DNA from: Chrysemys picta bellii
Lineage: Eukaryota
Assembly: GCF_011386835.1 (NCBI RefSeq)
Contig: NC_088800.1
Location: 57,474,001 to 57,538,000 of the forward strand
Direction: 5' to 3'
DNA: 64,000 bases
In this document: piece after piece, positions 22,201-35,400 of the stretch
How the letters are laid out: each line of letters opens with the position of its first letter
How positions within the stretch are numbered: the stretch's first letter is position 1
Position numbers and translations under genes: made by a program
Notes under the pieces: generated by a model
Databases searched by the model: none
Told to the model about the DNA's origin: nothing
What the model saw: the letters and a program-made list of their open reading frames with translations, nothing else

Positions 22201-25200
22201 CCTTGTTTGACAGACAGTGGTAACAATCTAACCCTTCCCCTCCTCCCTTCTCTCTCTCCCCCTGGGGGCAGGTTGCCCAGACATGGACAATGCTCCGAAT
22301 TATTTACTCCAGCCCTGGCACTGTGCCCTCTGCTAACCTGAACCACAGCCTGGGGAAAGGCAGTACCTCCCTCCCACTCATGAACAGGTGAGCAGTCTAA
22401 TCACGGCATCCCCTGACATGGCCCTGTTGGGAGGAAGTGGATGGGGAGGCCTGCACTGGCATACAGGGGATATGTGGAAACTTGACTGGCCGATAGGAAA
22501 GGGGGAACCATTTTGGAGATGGCTTCTTACACCAAGTTAGAGTCACTGCAGAGGAACTGGTTACTTCCCACTGATCTAAGTCAGATGAGCCTTCCCAGAG
22601 GGCCATCTCCTTCATTCCGATCAGTTGAAAGCAGAGTGGCAGCTGCTACTACGGCTTCTTTCAGTATGAAAAAGAAACGGGCTAATGTGGCTTGGCTTCT
22701 TTCCCAGCTTTAACCTGAAGGACATACCACCTGGGATAGGCAACGAGTCCAGATTGGAGCGCAGCAAAGGAGAGAGCCGATCCGAAAACATCCTCATGGA
22801 TTCTTCCTCCACCTTAATCAACAATGATGGTAACATTTCAACCGCGGGGTCAATGGAGCGTGCCAGTGGCTAGCTTGGTAATAGGAGTCCAAAATGCCCA
22901 CTGTTTGGGGTGCAATCCAGACAGTGAGGGGTTAAGTCACCGCCTGCCCTGTAACCTTGGATGCCTCAAATGCTTTGCTACTGTAACTCCCTGCTTGGGA
23001 CATTCACAGTCAGCAAAAAGCACGACCCTGTCAGCCTGCCAACAACACGCCATCATGCTCTGTGGTCTCTAGCTGCCTTGGTTACTACTCGCAGGGTGAC
23101 CCCAGCACCCTCCCAGTCATCTTCCCTGCTCCCAGCAGAGTGATGGCCCACAGCTACCCTTAACTGTGCCAGTGTTTCTCTGCTGTCAGGTATTGCTCTG
23201 GTCCTTTTGAGCCCAACTACCAGCCAGCAATTATCACAGACACTCTTTTTGTCTTGGTTATTGTTAGCAGGTGACACAACCTCTCACTGGTCTGCATTGC
23301 ACCATGACGCCATCATCCTGTTGGGATGCAGTTCTAGTGCCAGTTAGTGCTCCCCCTCCCGGGGAACTCTGTCCCAACAACACCAGCCAAATCATGTTGC
23401 AGAACCTCAGGCATTTTGATCAGTGAACGTATAAATTGTCTGCAGATCATTGGCCCAGTCTCTTGAGGCTGGAGTCTGTCACTCTGGAATGTGGGAGGAT
23501 TGGGATGGGACAGTGGATAGTGGTTAGAGCAGAGAACTGGGAGTCAGGACTGCTGGGTCTTGCTCCAGCCCTGTCATTGTGACATGCTGTGACACCCTTG
23601 ACATATCACTTCCCACACCTGTGTGCCTCAGTTTTCCCATCTGTGGAAGGGACAATGCTGCCGCCCTCCCTCTATGAAGCACTTTGAGGTCATTGGATAG
23701 AAGGTGCTTTACCAATGCAGAGCACTGTGCCTGTCTGTCCCACCTCCACTCCAGCCCCAGATCAGTTTGCTGAGGGTGAGTTGGCAGCTGGGCTGTGGTT
23801 TGTGAGCAGCCTGCATTTTCTGCCATAGCAGCACAGGAAAGTCCGACAAACTCTACTCCTGTAGGGGTATCCTGACTTGTCTTCTCTCTCTATCTCTCTC
23901 TGCTTCTCCTCCCCTTTCCGTGTTCATCCAGAGAATGAGGAGACAGAGGGCAGCGACGTCCCTGCGGACTATCTCCTGGGGGATGTGGAGGGGGATGAGG
24001 ATGAGTTGTACATGATGGACCATGAGAATCCCCATGGTGAGTTTGTTGTTCTGTGAATGCACACGCATGACTGCAGTGCAGCTGGGTCTCAGCAGAAGTT
24101 GCCTGTATGTACTCACTGCACTGGAGAGGATGCCAGATCCCTCCTTGACTCCTTTATCTGGTGGTGGTGTAATCGTGTCTGTCCCAGGATATTAAAAGAA
24201 CAAGGTGGGTGATATTACCAAAACCACCTTGTGTCGCCTTTATCCATGGCACTACCCCTGCTCACTGAAGAGGGCTTGTCTCTTTGCAGCTGAAGAGCAG
24301 GAATACATCCTCCCCCAGGAGGCCTTCCCCCTGCGCCATGAAATAGTGGACAACCCCTCAGCCCTGGACCACCTGCAGGACAAGGCAGACTCTCCTCATG
24401 TCAGTGGCAACGAGGCTGAGACTGTGTCCCTGACGCCTGTGGAGTCCTTCTCCCTCATCTCCATCTCCCACTCACTCTACGAGAACCGCCTGCCACCCGA
24501 CTTCTTCAGCCCCATCGTCCGGGACATGCTCCTCTTCTACGCTGAGCAGGGGGATGTGCAGATGGCAGTGTCCGTGCTCATCGTGCTAGGCGACCGGATC
24601 AAGAAAGAGATCGATGAGCAAACCCAGGTATAGCGCTATAGGGAGGAGCAATTCCCAGAGAGAGGCTTCTTCAGCAAAGCTGCTGCATATCCTCCCCCAG
24701 CAAACAGGGTTTGGAGACTCTCATAACAATCCTTTGTATTTATACAGAGTCTTTCATCCAGAAGACCCCACAGTGCTTTGCAAACTCTCGAGCGTGAAGC
24801 ACCAAGCACAGATGGGGGAAGGCATTCCTGACACACTAACTGAAAGGGAGGTGGTGGGTGTTGGCAGGGCCGGCTCTAGGCACCAGCAAAACAAACTGGT
24901 GCTCAGGGCGGCACATTTTTAGGGGCAGCTTGGCCGGCGCCAGAATGCCGCCCCTGCCGCCCCTAAAAATGTGCCCTGGCCGCCCTAGCTCACCTCCGCT
25001 GCTGCTGCTGCCGCTCGCGCGCCACGGTGCGCGAAACAGCTGATTCGTGCGCCGCTACTGGCCCTCCCTCCCAGGCTCTCAAGCCTGGGAGGGAGGGGGA
25101 GCAGCGGCGCGCAAATCAGTTGTTTCATGCGCCACGGCCGCTTGGGGTCTCCCCCTCCCTCCCAGGTTTGAGAGCCTGGGAGGGAGGGGGAGCAGCGGCA

Positions 25201-27165
25201 CGCGAATCAGCTGTTTCGCGCGCCGCAGACGCTCGGGATCTCCCCCTCCCTCCCAGGCTCTCAAACTTGGGAGAGAGGGAGAGATCCCGAGCGGCCGCAG
25301 CGCGCGAAACAACTGATTCGCGCGCCGCTGCTCCCCCACCCTCCGAGGCTTGAGAGTAATTTAAAAATGGGGGGGGGGGGGGGGGGCAAAATTGTTTTTG
25401 CTTGGGGCGGCAAAAATCCTAGAGCCGGCCCTGGGTGTTGGTCAAGGGCCTAGTCTGGTAACCTGTTCCCACACAGCTTGGGAGCGCTGTGCTGGAGAAT
25501 TGTCACAGAATATATAGTAAGACCAAGCCGCTGTAAATGAATAAGAAATAATGTTTCCAGCTGGAAAGGTACCACTGAGCAAGGAGTCCAGTTAGGCCAT
25601 CAGTCTTACGGACTGTGAGTTAAGAATTTCTTGGGAGCAAAGTGAATCATGCTTTTGGCTTTAGTTTCTCTCTGAGACAATACAAAGGCAGAAAGCTGCA
25701 GAGATCAGATCTTTTGGAATGTTACCATCCCAGCTAGCTGTAGAATAATCAATGCATGAAGTAGCTAGATGGTATACCCTTCTGCACCCCTCCTTGTTTG
25801 GACTAACATTTGATAGCCCCTTCTAAAGCTGATTTAACCTGAGACTGGAGTCATAGGGAGGGGGTTTGGGTTCAGTAACTGCCCACAGACCCTGATGTGA
25901 ACCAAGACTAATTTAGGTGTTTGCCCCCCCCTCCCCTGCCCTAGGAGCACTGGTACACCTCCTATATCGACCTGCTGCAGCGCTTCCAGCTCTGGAATAT
26001 CTCCAATGAGGTGATCAAACTGAGCACGTGCAGAGCCATCAATTGCCTCAACCAGGCCTCCACCACCCTGCACATCAACTGCAGCAACTGCAAGCGGCCG
26101 ATGAGCAACAAGGGCTGGATCTGCGACAGGTGAGATGCTTTAGGGTGGGGGGGGAGTGCGGTGGGTGCCTTCATTTTGCAAGGGTTTGTCTGGAGGTAGC
26201 TAATGCATTATCTTGAAGTAATGTAATCTCTTGCCCAGTTCAGTTTCCATTATTATTATTTGTTTGTACTCCAGTGGCACCCAGAGGCCGCAGTGGAGCT
26301 CACCCTATTGTGCTAGGCACTGTGCATACACCTACAAACAGGTCCTGCCCTGAAGAGCTTACTCTAAATACACCAAACACAAGGTAGAGGGAAAACCGAG
26401 GCAGAGAGAGGTGAAGTGACTTGCCCAAGGTTACACACCTGGCCAGTGGCAGCACTGGATATAGAGCCCACGTCCCCTGGCTCTCAGAGCACTGTCCTAA
26501 CCACTGAACCACACTGCAGAATGGAAACACAGTCTGCTGTTGGGGGTCCCTTGTGATCACTAATGATCTGTGCTGATTCTGAATGGTAAACAGTCTCCCA
26601 CGTGTGTTCCCAGCCTGACCTGGGTTAAAGCTTCCTTCCCATGGTTCTGTTGCTTCTTTATAAGCTATTTGATTTGTAGTTGATTTCATTGCTGTGAGGC
26701 ACCCAGTGTTGGGCCCAAATATTATGTTTTTCCTGCTCTTTTGGGTTTCTGGTTTATAAACTCCCAGCCTTGTGCCAGCCAGGGCTGATGATGATACTGA
26801 AGGAGTTAGAGTTTTGAGGTGTGGGCAGGGATTGACTGACCTCACACCCTGAGGAGTCTGCATTGATTGGAGGGGTTCCTTGATCCAGCTGGGAGCTGAG
26901 TGGTACATGCCAGGGTTTCACTGCCTGAGCTGGCCACTTGCCCCAGAGTGCTTTCTCTGCAGCTGATTCACCTGTAATCTTCTCTCTCTGGGCCAGGTGT
27001 CGGCAGTGTGCCAGCATGTGTGCTGTGTGCCACCATGTGGTGAAGGGCCTGTTTGTGTGGTGCCAGGGCTGCAGTCATGGTGGCCACCTGCAGCACATCA
27101 TGAAATGGCTAGAGACCAGTTCACACTGTCCAGCGGGCTGCGGTCACCTTTGCGAATACACCTGA
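16203..27165 (+). CDS. WDR24: GATOR2 complex protein WDR24 (WD40 repeats plus C-terminal zinc/RING region), 789 aa, 9 coding exons
   Basis: Exons 16203-16683, 17811-17988, 19013-19688, 22272-22387, 22708-22829, 23932-24036, 24290-24627, 25945-26129, 26997-27165. All introns are GT-AG with consistent phases (2370 nt). Peptides [13 protein letters not shown].., [44 protein letters not shown] at 27590. Confidence 0.97.
16695..16929. mobile_element. Old Harbinger MITE just inside the first coding intron of WDR24
   Basis: GGCCATGTCTACA...GTTTAGACCAAGCCC degenerate TIRs, starting 11 nt after the exon's donor site. Confidence 0.5.
19985..20245 (+). mobile_element. Ancient CR1 RT fragment
   Basis: Translates ..[10 protein letters not shown]...[13 protein letters not shown], a decayed LIKFADDTKLG motif. 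Confidence 0.55.
20500..21419 (+). mobile_element. CR1 LINE 3' fragment
   Basis: [18 protein letters not shown]-coding start; [18 protein letters not shown]; ends GGATTAGATGACCTCTTGAG...TTTCTATGATTC. Confidence 0.9.
23519..23715 (+). mobile_element. Ancient tRNA-derived CORE/MIR-like SINE
   Basis: GTGGTTAGAGCA..GGGAGTCAGGAC head and TGCCTCAGTTTTCCCATCTGT core. Similar copies at ~26300-26510(-), 28010-28200, 30015-30240, 35945-36090, 36330-36490(-), 39770-39900(-) and 62455-62760. Confidence 0.7.
24865..25433. mobile_element. Young CpG-rich non-autonomous hAT (Tip100/MER45-like ends) in WDR24 intron 7
   Basis: TIR CAGGGCCGGCTCTAG / CTAGAGCCGGCCCTG; perfect 8-bp TSD GGTGTTGG (24857-24864, 25434-25441); internal inverted and tandem repeats. 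Confidence 0.9.
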
Positions 27166-28849
27166 ACTGAAAGGAACCAACCCTCAGCTGATGAGAGGTG
27201 GGATTCAGTCCCTGACCTGCTTGGAACCAACAGGAGATTGATCGCTGGAGCCTCTTCTTGGATGGAGGTTTTGGAGGAGAGGCTGTCTTGGATTTTAGAG
27301 AGGAGGCATCTCTTGCAGTATGCTATCCTTGAACAGGATTGAGAGTGAGGCTGACTTTGCATAGGGAAGGTTCCTCCTCAGTGCTTGAAATACAGCAAAG
27401 CCTGCAACATCCAAGAGCCTTCCTGGACAGTTTTTCCTAGTCATTGTCTTCTATTTATTTTTGACTGGCGTGTAAATAATTTTGTATTAAAGGTACCAGA
27501 ATATCGTGTAAACATAGTTCTTTATAAACCAATCTAATGAACAAGACAGTCTGAGCCGGACTCTGAGCTACACCTTGATTTTTATACTGAATAAAAAAAG
27601 AACAAAGTAGCTTCAGTGAGTCACTTGTTTGTATGCAGCTGCCCACATTGAATACATCCAAGAACCCTGCTTTGTTCAGCTCTGGCTGCATGTGCATAGC
27701 ATCTTGGCTGATTCTCCTTGTGGAAAGGAATCTAATGATCAGTCCTGACCACAGTCTAATAAGCAACAATTCTTGGGAAAGGGAGTTTTTAACCCGATTC
27801 CCCAGCCCAGCCCCTAAATGCTGAGCATAAAGTAACCTGCAATTTCCTCTGGAAAAGGAAAATCAGACAGATTGCATGCTTCATAATGAATAAGGCACCA
27901 GCCTCTGGAGACTTAGAGAACAGTCCTGATTAATTCACCAATTCACTTGTGATTTCAGCTGAACATCCTCTTGTTCCTGGGGAATCTGGGGAGCTGAGAC
28001 TGATGCCTTGGGCTGAGCAGAATCTACTTAGTCCCAGAGCTAGGAGTCAGGAGTCACCACCCTGGTGTATGTGCTTAAACAAGTCACTTAACTTCCCCAA
28101 GCCTCCATTTTCCCAATCTGTTAAATGGGCCTAAGTATCAAACTACTTTCAAAGGGAACCAGTTAAGAATGAATGTTTATACAGTGCTTTGAAAATGCCA
28201 ACTATACAGCTATAAAGGCCCCCAAATTGGCTAGAATGGGGGGGGGGGAGAGGATGCCCCTTTGGAGCAGATGCTACCACCCTGTCCTCAGGGTCATAAA
28301 CTTGTACAACCTGCCCAATGAGCACCTGCATTGAAACCCTGATTAGCATGACCCACATTGTACTGACTTTCAAGTTATCTGTGCTTCTTGATGAGCCTCC
28401 TGCACAACCACACCACCTCTCTCTTTTGTGGATGCTGGCAGGAGCACATCCTAGGCTCCTGCTCTTCTTGAACAGAAACCTCCATCCTTGGGCCCCCTAA
28501 ATACTTTCACAGCCACAAGTTCTTGACATCCTTCCTCTAGCCCCTTGCCATGCTGGCCCAGCATAGGAGGGAAGAAGCAGCAGCAACCAACTAGCTTTTG
28601 CTTGTACTGATCCAGGCTGGGGTCAGTCTGAGAAAACCAGGTGGAAAAGGGGGGAGCACAAGCACATACATAGGAGGGGAAGAGTCAATGGGGCAGAACA
28701 CAGGCTAGAGGGGTTCAAAGCAGGTGGAGCTAGGCCTGAACCATGAAATCCCCCCTGCTGAGCAGGGGTGTTTGGCCTGTGGGAGGATGGGCTCTTGGTT
28801 CAGCCCATTTCCGGCTCTGAGACTAAAGATGTGGGTTAGCGGCTGGGGA

Positions 28850-29140
28850 CGCTTGTCAATGGCTGCTGGGTAATGTAGTCACCAGGCCACCTGTCCAATA
28901 GCAGCACGCGGCATCAGCCTCTCTTCCCCTTTCACCCCTTTGAGGGACCACGAATCGAAGTGTCTCCCAGATGCTTGCTGGGTAATGTAGTCCGCAGGCC
29001 ACCAGCCCACGCAGCAGCACGTGGCCTTCACAGCCACCCTGCCAGGTAGTGCTGAAAGGCGTAGGTGCGCGCGAGTCCCCGGGGGGGTGGGGGGAGGAGG
29101 CTGTGACATGCCTGGAATACAGCTCCCAGAATGCAATAGG
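28850..29140 (+). promoter_or_regulatory. JMJD8: JMJD8 promoter with a duplicated ZNF143/SBS-like module
   Basis: TGCTGGGTAATGTAGT (reverse of ACTACATTACCCAGCA) at 28864-28879 and 28976-28991; AATACAGCTCCCAGAATGCA at ~29116; locally CpG-rich; upstream of the ATG exon. Confidence 0.65.
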
Positions 29141-29499
29141 GTGGGGGGGTGCTCTAGGCTGAGACTTGCCGGCATCTGCAGCCGCACACAGAGAGAGATA
29201 GCTGAGCTGAGGCGTGGTGGTAGGGGCTGGAGGGGCCCTGGGATGTGGGAGGCGATACATGCAAGGCGAGGGAGGAGGGTTAAAGGGTCAGATAGGGATA
29301 CAGCAGGTATTAGCCTAGAGCTGGGGTGGGGGGTTAAATTCAGAGAGGAGATGGAAGGGAAAGAGCCAGAAGTGAGCCAACAGCTGGATTGATTCCCCTG
29401 CTGGCATTAGGGTATATTAGAACCTTTAACGTCCTGTCCTGCACTGTTCTCTCCCTAGCTTTTCTAGCCTGCTTCTCTGAGAGAATCTGACACCCCCAG

Positions 29500-32400
29500 A
29501 TGGCAGAGGGCTGCTGGAGGCAGATGGGATCATGGTGGCAATTCCTTCTCCTCTACATCCCATTGTCGCTGTCTGGAGACTTAGATTACCTGGAAGGAAA
29601 TGGGGGCTGGTAAGTAGGCAACCCATGCACACAAGTATTTTCTCAGTCTCTTCTGGGATCTAAAATGTCAGGTTTGGTCCACGTTCCCTCAGTGGATGTG
29701 CTGCCATGCAGAATGCTATGTTGACTCATGAGAGGTGTTCAGGGAAACCTCCAGTGCTGAAACCTCCAGGTCCTATTTATCACAATGTCAATACCTCGCC
29801 ACTCTCTCCACTCTGATCTTCACTGCATTCTGCTTGTCTCCTGACAGCTGGAGAATTGTATATTACCTGGAGGTTTGTATCCTGAAAGGAGGGTCTGTTG
29901 TTGACTGCTTAGCGTTTTGTAAGCAGGCCGTTGATCACCTTTTCCCCCAGGCATGGTCTTGGCCTGTGTCAGGAGAACTAGCTCTGCCTAGATGGCTCAG
30001 CTAGAGGCAGAGTTGCCTAGGGAGTAGAGTGAAGTACTAAGGATCGGGAAACCTGGGCTATGTTCTTGGTTCTGCCACTGACTCACACTATAACCACGGG
30101 CAGGTCGCTTATCCATTCCGTGCCTCAGTTTCTCAAATTGTTGATCATGATAATGGGATTTCCCTGCCTCCTGGGGGTTGTGAGGATCAATTCATGAATG
30201 TGGAGTGGCTGGGAGCAAGGCACTGGAGAAACTATTGAGCGTATAATGCCGAGTGCTCTTGTGGAGATGTCAAAGGCAGAGAGAAGGTTAGGTTTAGAAA
30301 TAAAAGGAGGAAATCTGGCCAGGGCTTAACGAAACGGGGAATGATGGCATTCTGAAATGGCTTATGTGGGGAAGGATTTCTCCACATCCCCCTACCCCAC
30401 ACTCAATGTGCAGCGGCACTCAAGCAAACAGAGTGTTGGGAATCATTAGGAAAGGGATAGATAATAAGACAGAAAATATCATATTGTCTCTGTATAAATC
30501 CATCTTGAATATTGTGTGCAGATGTGGTCACCCCATCTCAAAAAAGATGTATTGGAATTGGAAAAGGTTCAGAAAAGGGCAACCAAAATGATTAGAGATA
30601 TGGAACAGCTTCCGTATGAGGAGAAATTAATAAGACTGGGACCTTTCAGCTTGGAAAAGAGACGACTAAAGGGGGATATGATAGAGGTCTATAAAATCAT
30701 GACTGGTGTGGAGAAAGTAAATAAGTGTTATTTACTCCTTCTCATAACACAAGCACTAGGGGTCACCAAATGAAATTAATAGGCATCAGGTTTAAAACAA
30801 ACACAAGGCATTTCTTCACCCAACACACAGTCAACCTGTGGAACTCCTTGCCAGAAGATGTTGTGAAGGCCAAGACTATAATAGGGTTTACAAAAGAACT
30901 AGATAGGTTCATGGAGGATAGGTCCATCAATAGCTATAAGCCAGGATGGGCAGGGATGGTGTCCCTAGCCTCCATTTGCCAGAAGCTGGGAATGGGCAAC
31001 AGAGGATGGATCATTTGATGATTACCTGTTGTGTTCATTCCCTGTAAAGCACCTGCCATTGGCCAGTGTCAGAGACAGGATACTGGGCTAGATGGACCAT
31101 TGGTCTGACCCAGTGTGGCCGTTCTTATATTCTTATATATTAGGTGAGGCTCTTGAATTCTTTCTCCTTCTCCCCAGCCACGGAGCTTGGTTTAGTTTGA
31201 AACCAAGATTGAAAAGGCCCATAAGAACACAGTCCATCCCCGCACATTGGCAGTATCTAATGCCCTAGACACAGTGTGCATTGGGGTGGAACCGTTGCTA
31301 CCTCTGCTCTTAGCCTAGTTCTTAGCCAGTTGATTGAAGGAGCAGATACTTGGAGGGTCAGCAACCTCCCATGAACGGACTCAGACCAGGCATTCCCTGG
31401 GGGAGAGCAGACCTAGCTTGGAGTTGCCATGGAGAGAGAACTGGGCTTACAGCCTTGTTACTTATCACAATGGGCCAGTGGGCCAATCAGTGCCCCTCCT
31501 GCCATCTGCAAGGGGCTGACTAGAATATTTTGTTCCTCCTTTAAAGTGGCTGCCCCTACGGAGCTATCATGGCATCAGTTCCTTGACGCTCCCCACTGAG
31601 AAATCTGACAAATTCCCCAGGCCTCTTTCCATTGCTATTGCAACCCTTGGCACTGACCCCAATGTTGGAGTTAGTGTCTCTGGGTTAGAGGGGAAGGGAG
31701 TTGGCAGTGACCAGGTCCGATCTCCCCCTGCTTGGGTTGCTGATCCTTCCGGGGCTGATGTCACTTGCTGGGAAATGCTCAGGCTGGCAGTGATTGACGC
31801 TGAGGGCTCTGTCCCTTTCCTCACCCCAGGCTGACGAACAAGTACTTGGCTCTGATGGAAGAAGACCACTGCACTGTGGAGAGGAGAGACGCTTCCCTGA
31901 CCTACTCCCAGTTCATAGACCAGTAGGTGTGCTGCTTGCTTTGCTCTCCGGGGCTCGACCAGCCCCTTTCCTGTACCCAGCACTGCATGCAACCAGCATG
32001 GCTATTACTGGGGGAGGGAGGGGGATTCTCTGGGGTCTTCCCCTCGACATGCCTCCACAGGGTCCTAGCTATGCACAGGCCATTATGGAAATCTCATGGC
32101 ACCCACAGGGGTGCTGGATACCTTGGAACCAGTTAGGAATGGGGTTCTCTGTCAGCAGGCAACTTGCAGATCAGTGACCATACAACAGAATCTGATCAGA
32201 GCTTTCCATCTGCTGCTAGGAAGAGAAGTGACTCCCATAACGAGTCCCACAAGCCCAGCTTCTCCATTAGCCCTCTGCTGACCCAGCAGCATGCCAGCAC
32301 AGCGCATGCATCCCCACGCTGCCTGCACAGATATCTCTCCTTGCCCCCGGAGGTCCCATGACCTAGATCTGCCCTTGAGATGGTCTGTGAATGTGGCTGT

Positions 32401-35400
32401 CCTCAGCTTGCCCACCCACTGCCACTGAAGGTGCAAAGAATTTGAGTCTGAGCACCGAACAGCTCAGCCCATGTATCGGTCACATAAATCTGTTGCAGAG
32501 GTGGTAACAGCTGAATTTCACTGCAGCTAACACTAGTACTGTTAACCAAGGGCTCTGATGGGAGTGAGCTGGGTCTGTAGAATGTGCCAGGTCCCAGGGA
32601 GCCAGGAAAGTGTTTAATTTCCTTCTGTGTTTTCCAGATATGCCTTTTCCAGGCCTGTTGTTATCCAGGGGATCACGGACAACTCGGTAAGTGCTACATG
32701 CTCCCAGCTGTGATGTGCCCCTCCAGCCTGAGCCATCTCATTGTATGTAAGGAAACAGCCCCTTGGAGCCTCTCCGGCCTTTCCCCCAGACCAGGCTTAG
32801 TAGCCATGTTTGCCCTCCTGGCAGCCAGGCACATGCTCCGTATCTGGCTGGGAGTAACTTCTGCCAAAAGTGGAGATTGACAGTAGGGGACGCCATGATT
32901 TCTATTGATACTGACACTCCCTTCTCAGTCACATGGCTGCAGGGTGATGGGAAGTGGTGAAAGAGTTGAGCTGGGGGCGGTTCTGAGTGGAGACAGTCAG
33001 AGTAACCCAGGGAATCCATTTGGGAGGGGAAGGGAGGGGAGGAGAGTTCCCCTCCCCCCCCCCACCCGATGGATTCTGGAGCAGCCCCCCAGGATCCATT
33101 CTTAAGCAGGAAGCTCCATCCTATGGTGGCAACTGGACCAGCCCCAGGGCATCTCTGCATTGGTCTGTGTCCAGTTGGATTTGGGAACAAGAACGGCCAT
33201 CCTCTTTCGCTGGCAGCTCGAAAGCCAGATCTAGAGAGAGGAGGGCTGTCCTGTCGCTGCGCGGGCCCCCCCCCCCCCCTCAGGCCACGCTCCAAGCACC
33301 TCTGCCTTCCCAGGGCCCTTGTCACCTCTGCTCTGTGCTTGCAGGAATTCCAGGCGCTCTGCACAAGGAACAAGCTGCTGGCAGAGTTCGGGGACCGCCT
33401 GGTGCGTCTCAGCACTGCCAACACCTACTCCTACCATAAAGGTGCGGGGCTTGGCTCCAGGGCACATGCGCTGAGCTGCATTCTCACTGGGCTGGCTGTG
33501 CGGTGGGGGGCTGCTCCAGAGAGAGGTGGGGGGCAAAGAGGGGACAGACAATGCCTGTCTGCTTGGTCTCAGCCAATGCCTCCCTTCCTGCTGCCATGGC
33601 TGGTTGGTGACAGAAGATCTTGTCTGAGGCCCTGGATTTCGTTGTCCAGGGAACACAATAAGCCAGCCTTGCTCCTTTGCCTCCTCTCTCTTCCTGGCCA
33701 AAACCCCACTCTGTGCTCTTGGGCAAGTCGCTAGCCTTTGCTGTGCCTCAGTTTCTGCAGCTGTGAACTGAACACAATAGCACTTAGTCCCGGAGCTCTA
33801 GCATTGCACTTGGGCCGGGGGGAGGGTTTCAATGTTGCTCATTGGCAGGACAACAGGGACTTCCAGGCTGCTGGGCTGTGGCTCTGCAGGGGGAATGAGC
33901 TGGAGGAGGGTGGAGTGTTAGAGCCCTGCTGTGCCCCCTCGGCCCTGGCTGGGAAGGTAGGTCACACACCTTGGGGAAGGGCAGCCGTGAACTCTCTCCT
34001 CCCTCGCAGTGGACGTGCCATTCCAGGAGTACGTGGAGCACCTGCTGGAGCCTCAGGACCTGGCCTCCCTGGGCAGTGGTGAGTAGAGGGTTCCCCTGTT
34101 CAGGCTCTCCATGCACCCTCTTTAGTGCTCTGCCTCAGATTCATCCGTGTGGCTGAGAAATCCAGTTCTGGGTGGATTCCTAGGGGCCACCTCCTGGCCA
34201 GGGTTGTGCTTCCCTCCCCAGCCTGCATGCCCAGACAGACCAGAGCTCGTGCTCTCTGGGGGTTACCAATGTCTCTTTCTCCCCTCACCAGAGACACTCT
34301 ATTTCTTTGGAGACAATAACTTCACTGAGTGGGGCTCCCTCTTCCAGAAATACATGCCACCTCCGTTCCGGATTCCAGGCACCAGCGGGGCCTACAGCTT
34401 TGGGATCGCCGGTCAGTACCAACCTGGAAAGAGATGAGGGCAGGGGGAAGGAATGGACTGTAGGGGAATCCTTCCCAGGCTTAGATGGACACGTCAGCCC
34501 AGAAGCAATGGCCTAACCAGGCATGGTCCATCTGATCCCATCTCTGGTCTGTTTGCCCACAGGCTCTGGTTCTGGGGTTCCCTTTCACTGGCACGGCCCG
34601 GGTTATTCGGAGGTGATCTTCGGCCGGAAGGTGAGAGCTGGGTGGGGAGTGGATTGATTTACGGACCCTGGAAAAACCAGATGTTTCCGCGTCCATGGCC
34701 CTGCTGTGGAGCAGAGCACCCTCCTAGCAAAGTGGGGATTTGATCCAGGCAGCGGAGCATAGACTGTGCCAGGCCAGAGAGGACCCATGATCCCTTCGGC
34801 CTAGGGTGCTGTCTGCTGCAAGTGGCTGAGTCCTGAGGCTTTGGAGGAATGGGATATTTCCCCATAATGCATCTGGCCACTTGTACACACTGAGGGCCAG
34901 CGGTGGAGGTTCCTTGGTGACCCCTGTGTTCCCTGGACCCCACTGTGCTAGGTGCTGTACGCACACAGAACAAGACAACAGTCCATACCCCAGAGACCTT
35001 GCAATCAGGCAGTGAGGTTCCTATTCAGGTGTGACCCTCATGGGGGCATCTGTAAGAGCCCTAGCAGTTCCCCTTAGACAGCCACCCTCACATCCTTTCC
35101 AAGAGTGGAGGGAAGAAGGGGAATTGCTGGGCTTTGGGGGTAGGGAAGAGGGGTGCATCCATGAGTGGGGAGGAGGGGGGAGCCCACCCTGCAGGGAAGT
35201 AGAGATTTTCAGGTCTGCGGTGAAAGGGGACCCCATGCTAGGCAGAGCGGGGTGTTTGCTAAGAGCCCCTCTCTTTGCAGCGCTGGTTTCTCTATCCCCC
35301 TGAGAAAACCCCCGAGTTCCACCCCAACAAGACAACTCTAGCCTGGCTGCTGGACACATACCCATTTCTGCCGCCAGAGGACCGCCCTGTGGAGTGCACC

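Noticed and set aside
32738-33734. Overlapping 150-228-aa ORFs on both strands
   Set aside because: GC-rich JMJD8 intron; only 33345-33441 is a true exon.
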